A DNA stretch of 64,000 bases from NCBI GenBank assembly GCA_910592345.1, contig CAJVPI010000001.1:62001-126000 (forward strand), in the 5' to 3' direction. Position numbers and translations under genes: made by a program. Origin of the DNA: Paraglomus brasilianum. Lineage: Eukaryota. The notes beneath the pieces were generated by a model, which saw only the letters and a program-made list of their open reading frames with translations, was not told the DNA's origin and ran no database searches. This document shows positions 52,276-64,000 of the stretch, piece by piece. Numbering within the stretch: the stretch's first letter is position 1; every line of letters starts with the position of its first letter.

Positions 52276-54369
52276 CATTTTTAATATGGGTTCTATTCTG
52301 CATGTGGAATACTCAGATGTATCCCTGTATCGGACATAAATTCTTCCGATGAACTATGGTTTGAACAACCACAATTCACCCACCATTCATTATGGAGTAG
52401 GGTTCAGTCAGAGAGAGGACAGCCAACCAAGCACAGAACTTTATACCCATATGGATTTCTTCAAAACGGCTTTGCAATCTCAAGAATTAATATGGAAGAT
52501 GGACATTAACCTTAGACCCAGCGAACGGATGTTACGATATATCCAAACACGAATAGTGTCCAACAACCTTCCGTTCCATATCCTGATCCGAAGTATACGG
52601 ATCTCCGCTAATACTAAGAGATATTAATGAAAACAGGAACAAAAAAAAGTAGTAAAAGTTCTCTTATTGGTGCGATTCCACCAACGACCTGTTATTTTAT
52701 GGGATACCATCCTAACATAGGAATAACGTCTCTTGTTAGTAGCTAGATCTAGAAAGCGCATTATTTTTATTTGTTAAATTGCAGCCTACTAAGCAATGAT
52801 TATATGAAATAAATAAAATATATCAATACCAATTATACGACAAGCAGTGAATATGCATTACTTTGATCTACCATGTGACTAGAAATTAGAAAAACGTGAT
52901 TCTCACCGAAAGAAACGGATCTTTAAATAGACGAGACGCGGAGAAAAGTATCGCAAGATGCAGGTAGGGAAAGGGTGGATGGAACATAATGATAGTGAAG
53001 TTATGAAAGACAACAGTAATAGTGCCACATAGTGTTCGAATCGGTGGTGATGCATTGAGAGTGCTTATATGATCTATCAGATGTTCTCGGGACAATCAGC
53101 AATATTTGTGACATTTCCTCAGAGGAAAAAAGAAATCCTTACATTCAATACTGTATGTATTGTTATTCAATCAATCCATTCTGTCATTGCCGGCTGTAGC
53201 AATTCATAACGTTAGCTATGTTCATGGGCTTCTATATTCTGACGTAGAGGTACGGTTTAGCTTTATTATTATTTCGGTTGACTACGTAGAGATGACTATG
53301 ATAATGTTCGCTCATGATTTTTGCTTTGTTAAGCAGCGATATATTTGTCGAATGACCATTCTTCCGTCAGATTCACGTACGATGTTGAAGGAGATGAATC
53401 TTAGCGGTCAACCCACGGGTATGGAATATCACTGGATATGAAAGTTTATGCGTTTCGATTCGATTTCATGACGATAACGCAGCCCCGACTGTTGGAGCAG
53501 TACGGTGTTACATATCGCGATCCTTAAGGTAATAATATCTTAAGACTATCTGATGACGGAGCTGGTGTGCTACATGTCGCGATCCTTGACAGAGTTGCTC
53601 AGCGTTGGAGGGGATAAGATCAATTATACATCTGAATTGACATTTCCTTCTGCATGCATTTTCACCGCAAGACACTCATATACACGACATACCAGCGTTT
53701 GGCATACCACAACCACATAGCATTGGCATGAGACATTGGTCATAAAAATGATAACTACGAGACAACGTATGCGGCTCCTCTTCCGTCGATCATATTCTTC
53801 ATCTACTCGCGTAAGTATCACTGGGTTTGCCTAATAGGAATAAATTAAACAAGATGTTGTAATGAGACGAACAGACCAGATGATACATAATATGCACTTG
53901 ACTAACTTGTATCCTTACATCCGTCATATACAGATCGGGAATAGACTATTTCAGAAACCAAACGCTTCACGTACATAACAAAGAGATACACGAACAGCAA
54001 CGTTTGATTTATCGGTTTAGGCTTGACCTATCTACCTTTGCACCCTGAGGGACCATATTATCGATAACAGGGGGACTTGAAAGTCGAGGAAAGACAAGTA
54101 TGTGTCTGTCTGGATGTAAACCGTAGAAATTGAATAGAGCATTTTGCTGATCCATAACATCTAATATCACAGGGCCACGTACAAAGCCAAATGAATGGGT
54201 ATATTAAAATAGATACAACAATGAAAAATACTTGAGTAGACAAAACAAGGTATGGATTACAACGTACTTATTCGTTCATCCATTCATATACCATAGCTAG
54301 ATCGGCGGTTAACACCAAGCGTCTTCTAGCCAGTTATCGTCTCCTTTATTCTTCGATTATCCACTACCA

Positions 54370-54468
54370 TGTGCTGTAAAGATCCAAACGGTCCATACTG
54401 CCAAGATCCAACGGTCCGTGCTGTAAAGATCCAAACGGTCCATGTTGTAAAGACCCAAACGGTCCATC
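54370..54468. repeat. 24-bp tandem repeat TGCTGTAAAGATCCAAACGGTCCA x4
   Basis: Read directly from the sequence; the second unit is degenerate. Confidence 0.9.
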
Positions 54469-57172
54469 CGATCCATGCTATTGGTAACATGTCATCGGTA
54501 AAGCGCCGCGTATTGGAAACCGATGTAGTTGTTATGGTTGCTCGTCGTCTGATATAACGAGAGAAGCGAACAGTTGATCATGTACGTCCTCATCCTGTTG
54601 ACAAGACACGTATCCAATTGTCATACTAACAGTGATCTTTACTTTATTCCGACTAGAAGGCTCGATTCCCAGACATAAGTTTGTATCGGCAAAAATTCAG
54701 ATAGTTATGGTCCGGTAGTAAGCATATTGAAATTAAGTTTAAGAGTAGCAAATCAAGCAAGGAAATGGCGCTTTGATAAAGGGATTGATTCATTTCTCGA
54801 CGAAACGATCACTTTCTTGCGGAATCATGCTACGGTTATTGTTATACAAAAAGAGTCCAATTCAAGTCTGGATAAGATCTTCGCTATTAATTAAATAGGT
54901 AATCCGAATAGCCCTCTTTCTACGGTCAACTGGATCGGTACAAACAAGTTGATGAAATTAGAGTGTTTGTGGTATTGCGGGTTATCTGATACTATCCATC
55001 ACGTGAGATTAGTGCATCGTGATCTTCTACTTCATGACGGAATGAATCATTCGTATTCTGTCTCGATCAGCGAATTCACGTACCCTTTGTTGCACCGGAA
55101 GTTGACTGCGCCTGTCGGGCGGGCTTGGCATTACAAACCACAGTATTATTATTATTTATCGTATGTTTATTATCATGTTTATTATGATAAAAATTTACCG
55201 AAAGGTAATGTAATCGTATTAAAATAGGGCAGTGTATATTGTATGATTTATTATTTATTATATTATTTTATCGATTAACATCCGCCTTAAAATTGACTAA
55301 TACGCGAGTGGATTGAAAACTGACAAATCTTTAGCTATTTGTTGTAAGTGTTAATATTCTTTAGTTACTTCAGGATCAGCTCTGTGTAAGCTCATAATTT
55401 GGGCATGCTCCCATTTAGGACATTTACTTAAGGCTTGTATTTGTCCTGCTGAGAATAAATTTTGGTCAAGTGCTAAGGAGACGCAAGGTCGCGTGTCTTG
55501 TGAACTGTTAAAGTAAGTAAATGAAAATTACGTTCTTGGAGGCCATTGTAGAAGTACGCCGTTTGTCTAGATAGCGCGTAGCTGATAATATATGCTGTGC
55601 TGTATATGTAAAAATAAAATATTTGGTATAGTAACCGCGTACAGACAACAATTTAGCAATAATATGCTTGCTTCGTACAAATGTAGACGAGGTTGCTAAA
55701 ATAAGTTAAGGAATTTTTGTGCCGAAAATATTAACAATTGTTTGCAGAACAAATCAATAGATTTTTCTATTCAATAACATATAAAATATTCGACTTACGT
55801 AATTTTTATGATAATATAATAGGGCAACTACAGGTAAAGTGGATGAACTTTTGGCATCTTATCTCACCCTAGTGACATAAGTTTGTTGCTAGAAAAGGAA
55901 TAACCAAACTTAATTGATAATAATATTATTATAACAACTTCGAGTTAATGTAAGTGTCTATTTCGGTAATATTTTACTTTCTGAAAATTAATTGGTGAGA
56001 AATGTTTTTGCAAATGTCACTAATTTTGCTTCTTTGTTTCAAGTGTGCGCAAGAAGATGGTGCTTGCACGAATGATAGTACGGGAAAAGGGTATTCCGAA
56101 ATTATAAGACTCATTCCGAACCAATAGATAAACAAAAATTCTTGGCAGCAAACAGGTTTATTATATTCTTGTATAAATTAAGTTATGTTGGGGTTACTTG
56201 GCCAAATTGGAAACAAACGTATGCCAGATAACGCGTATGTATGTCTAATCCATTATCCCTGTTCAGAGGCAATACACATGGTCTGCTGACTTTATGAATG
56301 ATAAACACATGTTTGTAACTAATACCGCACCTTTGTTATTGCACAATACAAAGAAGAATAGTTTAACAGTTATATTTAATGTGAGCTTCACTTGATAATG
56401 ATAAATTAGTTTACCAAATCTCAAAAGAACATTTTTATTTATGTTGAGTTGATTACATAATCCATGCATAACAATTCGTACGTTTTTGGGGGGTTTTTTT
56501 TTGCTGTAAAAAAAAAAGGAAAACAAAAAGTCAAAGCCGAAAATCTAAAAATAGTACTTACAATAAGTCATCCAATTGCGTATTAGAACTTTACTGATTT
56601 ATGGATAGTGAAATACATTTTTGTGCATATTGAACCATCAGAAAACGGAGTAAGTATGAGAATGTGAAAATTTGACCGAGCAATGATAACAACAAGCTGA
56701 CAATAACGTAATCAATGGCTTACGCAAGTTTACCTAATAATTGACAAATAAACGGTGTCTATTTGATAATATGAACTATATCTACATTTCATACATTTTC
56801 ATGAGTATCTATGTAATTGAATGTATTATCTATTGCATCTTGGCAATTGTTATCTGTACCCCAACATGTCAACAATGCTCGAGAAGTCTTAAAATTTCTA
56901 TATGTATATGTGAATGACGTATATATTCCCACAATCATCTCATCGTACGTCCATAGAACGAGAATAAATACTCGATTCCGAAATTAAATAATAACGTAAA
57001 GTTAATCGATCACTTCTTAGAATTTGACCCATCGCGGACAAACGGTCGATGAACATTATAATTCTAGTGTCTAACGATTAAACCCATGTTGCCTTGGCAT
57101 TAGTTGGGACGCCTTCACTATAAAAAAGCAATGTCCTTCTGAATCATACAGGTTTATACCACAGTACAAGTA

Positions 57173-57256
57173 TGCATGTTGTGCTGAGTTTGGGACCTGA
57201 ACTCAGTTGTCTCGGTCCAGAACTGAAACAAGTCCCCAACTGAGGTACAACATGCA
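57173..57256. repeat. Imperfect ~25-bp inverted repeat (small MITE-like hairpin)
   Basis: TGCATGTTGTGCTGAGTTTGGGAC vs GTCCCCAACTGAGGTACAACATGCA. Confidence 0.6.
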
Positions 57257-58404
57257 CAATTCTTTTGATCACATGTATTATATCCTGCATAACAATAAAA
57301 TAAATATATGATCGGTACATAACAAGCTTTTCATGTAACCTGCTACAATTGTTGAAAGTTGATGATGTTCAATTACTTGCACAATTTCTCAAATGGGTTA
57401 AATGGCCGTCTGGGTATATACGTTGAATGTTATTTTTGATATATGTGAGTTATAACTATATAACGTTTGTGAGATATACGCCCGCCGAACTGTATTAATA
57501 TACTATTACTTATATCCGTTATCGCTTAATGAAAAAGTCATTAATTCAATGATATGTACAAACAATTGCTACGTACTGATTATATTAAATATCCTGATTA
57601 GTATAGATGTGATTATGCCAAAAAAAGAGTTGATCAAGACTTGTCTATCCAATTTAAGCGTTTGATTATTTAGTATAACTGCGATATAAACATACAGTAC
57701 ATTACAATCGAGTCAACGAACAATAGCTACAATATCTTTATAGTTTGCTCAGCCACCCTGCAAGGTGGTGTGTATGGGAGGCAATATGACGCAATCAAAG
57801 CAAACCATAACGTGACTTTACAACTAGTCATTGGTAACACCAAAGTATCTGCAATATAAATCTGACTATCAGACCAACAATCTGCTTTACAAAACCCTTC
57901 ACAAAAGCTATATAGCAACAAGATTTTATGATCATAGATAACAACCAAGACATTTATTCTCTCTTAAAATGAATATTTACACAATCGCTCGTCCCGCCTA
58001 CACTGATTTTGGCCATTCTTTTAATATGCCATTACATCGGTTACCTTTATTTTTTGGTTAGTATCCACAGGGTATTTGATACGATAGATAAGGTTGATGG
58101 GTGTTAGCGTGTGAAAATCTTCAAGCATGATTAACATTGATGGGAGTGCCAAACAGAATTCTCAAACCAGTTTATTAATCCCTTTTATTTACCCGCCTCG
58201 ATTTAGATAAAAAGGAATCCCGTTGGATCGGGAAACGGGCGATTTATCAATGACAGAAGCCAGACGGAACACCAAATAAGTCAGGTGAAAAAATTAGCAG
58301 AAGTCAGGTAGAAAACCAAATAATACGTGCTTTCATCTGCCCAGTCATTTAATACGTCTGTCATATTTCTTATTCATTGTTATTATCCCGCATTCAGAAT
58401 GCTA

Positions 58405-58670
58405 CTATCGATCACATAAAATCAAAATATTCCCTACTTCGACACACTCTTTCTCAGACAGACACTTTATTAATTAGAATTCGACGTTCTTAAAACATGA
58501 CACGCGAACTACTAATAGAAGATCACAAAAACGTTTGGCTGCCCGGTAATTATTGTCATATTTCTTATTATCCCATCAGTGATGTCTTGCCAAACTCATT
58601 AAGAATGCTACTATCGATAGATCAAGAACAGCTTATCGGGATAACAGACCAAAATAAGAAATCACTAGAA
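58405..58670 (+). repeat. Third partial copy of the coiled-coil gene relic (homologous to 38500-38792)
   Basis: TTCGACACACTCTTTCTCAGA, TTAATTAGAATTCGACGT, TGTCTTGCCAAACTCATTAAGAATGCTACTAT..GATCAAGAACAGCTT are shared. Confidence 0.85.
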
Positions 58671-61600
58671 GAAATTAGATCACCTGAAACAAAATCTTCA
58701 AATCATCACCGAACAGGTAAATATAACCTCATATATTTTTCTTTTCAGAAACACGAAAATTTTTTTTAACAAGCTAACTGTTGCAGGGTTGTGAAAGGGA
58801 ACAATACGTCACGCTGTGGAGGGAGGAATATTATTCTAGCATCATCTATGAATTAGTAAATTTATTGCACATTTTCTTTCTTAACCGACGAGTGGAGCAA
58901 ACTCCCTCAAAACAATGTAAGCATGATATTGTAAAACGAATATTGGAATTGCAAATATGGATTAAAGATAAAGTTAAGACATAATAATATTTCACATGAC
59001 TTTATATTCCACCTCCGATTGACTTTAATTATTGTCGCCACAAATAATTTAGTGTAGTCCCTCAGTCGTTCTGTAGTCCATGAAAATTTATATTTGTATT
59101 AAATTACTGTCCTAATAAAGTGAAATTCGTTGTTATAAATCTTACTATAACTGCAAACTCTTGTTTATTATGAACAATGGCAGCCTTGTCTTTTGGTTGA
59201 CCCCAGAATGGGTCCTAACATTAATATCATCCGGCATCATGTTACACACAATAAGCAAACCATAACGTGACTTTACAGGGATTTATAAAACTAGTTCAAC
59301 CCCCAGCCAACAACTGTTTGCACTATCCTCCCCGACGATCGATGTTTTTTTTTTTAATTTGCAAACCACTACAGTTTACAACGGAACAAGGAAATTATAG
59401 TGTCTATTGTTATTAAGTAACATTATATGATGTTATTACAGGACACAGAACACAGCTCTGTTAGGCTATTCTCACAACAGAGACTATTTATGTGTATTTA
59501 AAACTTTTTGTAAGTCAAAAATAGGTTCATTGATATATTCTCTTGTGGAGTATTATCTAAATCTTTAATCTATTGTTCACCGTTAGGTAAATTAACGTGT
59601 TAAACAAATGTAAGTCAAAAATAAGTTTCATTCTCTTGTAGATAATTATCGAAACCTTTAATCTATTGTTCATCATCAGATACTAGCGCACGTTGGGCAG
59701 AAGGAAGTAAGATTGGTAAATATATTTCACACACTCTCGTATCATTTCTTTCAGAAATCTGGAATCGTGAAATTCTTTTGATTACAGGCAGGCATGGCAC
59801 ACTAGCCTCGAAACGAGCCTCACAACAAGAAATTACGCCTCTTTTGCTCCGTTCAGAAGAGGCCTCACGAGCTGCTTTTGATCACGTTGATCACGCGTAG
59901 GAAATATAGCGCCCCTTTACTACTGCCTCATGGGGCCGTGTTACCGCTTATACGCACGAAACTCCACCTAACCCCTCTCAAAATAAATCGGAGAAGTTAA
60001 AGTATCTTGTCGCGCTATCCGAAGCTAGCGAAAGGTGGAATAACGGGCTCTCTATCTCAAAAGTTTACCGATGGCCGTTTTACCAAAATAATGCTGTTTA
60101 ATGTCAACTTGTTGTTTGTACTGAAACATACAAATAAAAGATCCAATGTAATTATGGTGTGGTGACGCTAGAGATTGATGTCGCACATTACGTAAAAAAT
60201 TGCCTTACTTATAGTATCAACGCCCATCCAATAAGCTATTCCATCGTGGGACTCAGTGTTCAAGCCTCGTTCTTCTAATCGTTCAGTAAACAGCATATCC
60301 AATTGCATTATCGTTTTTTCCGTCGGCGACTGCAACGACTACGACTACAAATATACGTACGAGACATATAAATGTACTAACCAACCGATGGGCCTCGATA
60401 CGAATCGAATAAAAGCATTGTTTAGTGCATTATAGCCCCTCAAGGCACCGATCTCTTAATGATAGTGATAAGTGTCTAATAGGACTGAGGAAGAAGATAA
60501 CAGGGTATCGGGATATAATGCTAGTAATTTTGTGGAAGACGAGACTAAATACGACCTTTTGGGCTGTGGGAGTGCTGCAGATTGACGGAATATTGGAGGT
60601 AGGAATGGTGTTCGAACTGGGGGTATTATGATGCATATGAGGAAATCAACTCGCTGGTGAATGCGATACTTTGCGTATATTCGGCGTTCTATGGTCTTAA
60701 ATATATCACCACTGACAGTGTCAATCGTTATTGAAAAACTTTAGATCGGGAATTTTAGGAAGAGCAAACGGTATTCAAAACATAATATTGATTGAACGAT
60801 ATATTATGCCTTCAGCTGTGCCTTGTCGTCTGATTTGTATTTCAATGATCGCCCCAGCCGATGCTTTGATATTCTGACGTGAGATAAAACGTCTGATGAT
60901 GCTTATGAGATTCCTCGGCGAGAAGAGAAAATCTCCATATTTAATAGTATGTATTTCCTGCGTTGTTATTCAATCAATACATTCCCATTATTATAATTCA
61001 AGGTCTAGCCGACATTCTAATCGCCTCAGCCTCTCGTTTCTGATCTCTTCTGACACGCTTCTGTCAACTGCCTTCTTTCCACAACCCCGCAATCCAACCA
61101 CGCCAAGTCAACCCGACTGGCTTTCAAACACATAGCACGAAACTCCACGCCGACATTGTTGAATATAAACACATGTATAATAGTACTTCCTTATAATCTG
61201 GTCCACGACTTCAAATTCTTCATCCTCTTACAATCAATACTGAAGACGATGGGAGGGAGGTTGATTCGTAAAGGGCTGCGGGGGGTTAGTACTGGTACCA
61301 GGCCAATATGGCGACTTGCGTTATGTCATGATCTGCCGAGGGGTAGTGAGGATGGATTAAAGCTCTAATGTTAACTATGTTCACGAGCTTCTATTGAGGT
61401 ACGAATTAATTGAATTGGCGGAGATCTTTTCGGTGGGCTATGATTGGGGATGTTTGTGGATTGTGATTAGAGTCTTATGAGCGCAAACCAAATTTACATA
61501 ATTAAGTTCACTCACGATTTTTGCCTTTGCAGGATACACGTGGAATGGTCACTCTTCCATCAGAACTAATGTACGATCTTGAGTGGCCAGTGAACGAATG

Positions 61601-62473
61601 ATAAATCTTGGGAGATTAGTTCAGGGTATAGAATATCATCCGAATATGCAAGTTTAATTCATTGTTAAGTACACCACCCGAAGTTACATTATTTTTCTGT
61701 AGATGATTTCACCCAAGACCGAAGTTGTCTCATTTCGCTCGTTACTTGGAGACAGTCAACAGGTTAGTCGAACAACTTACGGTCTTAAAATACAACATTT
61801 GATAAACGTATGGCTCAAAGATTACCTCATATTGCTCGGTTTCTCAATAACAGATATGAATTCATTGAAGATAAACAAGTATTTGCATCAAACGTGTCAG
61901 TCTACAGACGAAGTAAACCGCAAGTGGAAGGAAAGCATTATGCTGTTGGGATAGAGAATTTCAGAGGAGAGGATGTCGGAATGCGTAGAAGTGTATGATA
62001 ATAATTTATATTATAAGAAACGCCCATGTTTGTCACGTTTCTAATTACATATCCCATTTTCTTATTAGATTTAAATAATTGAGGTAGTCCCTGAACCCGA
62101 CAATCGACAAACAAATCATAATTTCAATTGTTGTGTCGTAAAGATGCCAAAGTATCTGTCTCTGCTTCAGCAATGTAAATGGATCTTGTCGACTTGCGTT
62201 GGACCAAAGGTACACCATACAAATTATTTGAAACACATATTCTTAAGCCATTTGTCTAAATTGCCGTTGTGTTTTGTAGATTGTTTGTTCGGCGTTTGAG
62301 GACGACGATTAATTAATGTCGTATTCAAACACTCAACAGTGTTTCTCCCGTAAAAGACTTTGTTTGTTACGAGCTATATACAATAGCGTGTCGTTCTTAG
62401 AATTTCAAGTAAGTAGATTGCTAACCCCGAGTGCTGAACATAATATTTTTGACTAAATAATCTGATATTTTAG

Positions 62474-62587
62474 GAAGAACCAGCAAGACTACCACAAACT
62501 CTCAGAAATTCGTATTAGATGATGACATTTACTTTGTCGTTGCGGACAATGACAAAAACATCCATTTATTCCAATACGCATCATTTG
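62474..62587 (+). pseudogene. CFT1: Single-exon fragment of CPSF160/CFT1 C-terminal region
   Basis: After a TAG acceptor: EEPARL..FVLDDDIYFVVADNDKNIHLFQYASF, matching the CPSF-A motif EEP..L..LGKD...F.ID...L.F.V.D...NIH.FQY.P. Internal deletion. Confidence 0.6.
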
Positions 62588-64000
62588 CAAAGCTTTCAAC
62601 TGATTGTTGCTCCAAATAACCAAGGGATGGTCGAAATCCCATCATAACAGCTGTTGGGTACAGGGGACGGCTAATGAGACGTTGATATCATTAAAATGGT
62701 AATTGGTATTTGTTAATAAGTTTGTTAAACATCGCATATTATTATTATGCGATGTCACACATACAGGATGCATACGTGATATTTTTTACCTCTCTGGCTT
62801 ATAACAACTAGGACCTGGAGGATTTCTTTGGTCCGTGAGCACTTAATCGGGTCTGGGGCCAATTTACGCATAGAATAATTATATAAGAATATTCAACAGC
62901 AGATTCTTGGTAAACATCACTTCTATACTTTTATTTTCTACCTTTGGGTCTTTACCATATCATTCTTTGCAAGTGTAATTCGATGAATCAGACATATTAC
63001 ATACTTCTTATGACATTACGCATAATGCTTTATTTATTAGCGTATGAAATATAGTCGCAAGCATGGACCATCCAGGCAAGTGACTGAACGCCGATGATTA
63101 TGTTTTGTAAAACATATTTCTGTTTCATTGTTGACAGTGCACCTATTTTATTATTATACGTGCATATTGATGACGCCAACGTTCTATAGATTGTCGGAAT
63201 TAGCTAGATTCTAGTAGATCAATATTTTACATAGCCTTTTTGTCCTCTTGCACGTTCTTCCTAGTTGTACATGACATGCAGTTGCGGACTACAGGCTATA
63301 ATACTGGTTGTCAGTTTTTTAATTAATACTGTAGCGGATGGATTACGCATCAGCAAATTATGCATAAATTTAGCGCACTCAAAGTTGAGTGATCGTCAGG
63401 GTAATCAGCACTAACTCGCAATGATGATGTTATTATGCATCGTATGTTGTCGTATGTTGTCAAGTGTCATGAAAAATAACGCGGGTTGCTTCATCATTAT
63501 ATGCATTGTGTATTGAATATCCAACAGATTCTGATACAAAAGGCCAGTAAGAGGAAAATAAGAGGCAACAATATACCCCATTCTGAATATATAAAGAGCG
63601 AAGGTGGAAACTTTTGGCTAAATATTTAGCGAGATAATTAGAAATGGGTTTATAACCAGGCATGTGTTCAACTGGAAATGTATAGATTACGTGTACGTCA
63701 ACGGAAACCTCATGGAATAAGACTACTTACATGACACTCTTCTGAAACATACTTTGTAATCCAAAATTTATGTCATGTCCGTTAATTGTCGCTATTACAG
63801 AAAAGCCCTGCCATGACCAGGAGTAACACTAAAAATTACTATCGTTATAATTTTTTAACTTACTCTTCAGAATTTGCAGACTGTTTACATCCAAAACTTA
63901 ACCAGAGGATAGCCTTGACTTTGGCTAAACGTGATTTTGCTCACAAGTCCGCATCAATTAAGGCGTATCCAATTCTTGAACGCGACTTTTTCATACCAAG

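Noticed and set aside
58088..58110. IRLMGVSV resembling the Y-family polymerase little-finger motif
   Set aside because: Eight residues with no supporting context.
61190..61330. Chromovirus integrase chromodomain-like words (PPIV..EDEEFEVVDQII, minus strand)
   Set aside because: Only a few residues match and the downstream aromatic-cage motif is missing.

Overview
Eukaryotic, AT-rich, gene-poor DNA. It is probably fungal: introns are short GT-AG with CTAAC/CTAAT-like branch points, and the protein resemblances suggest an early-diverging, Mucoromycota-like lineage (inference). I can reconstruct only two intact genes. The first is a 2-exon cellular RNAi-type RNA-dependent RNA polymerase with an N-terminal RGG+RRM region (minus, 18211-21741, ~1145 aa), which carries substitutions at several normally near-invariant motif positions. 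The second, not assembled by the ORF track, is an 8-exon gene (plus, 49131-50629, 261 aa) encoding only the N-terminal head lobe of SMC5, with a destroyed Walker A motif, spliced to an acidic tail. The remainder is dominated by intron-retaining, frameshifted relics of conserved genes: ARH1 adrenodoxin reductase, a GEA2/GBF1 Sec7 fragment, HEI10, CTR9, DIP2/CMR2, a CFT1 fragment, a Sel1-repeat relic and a possible Rad21/Rec8 fragment. There is also a head-to-head inverted duplication of a coiled-coil gene, pogo/Tigger-like MITEs, hairpins, and tandem and dispersed repeats. All family calls come from by-eye motif recognition; no database searches were run.
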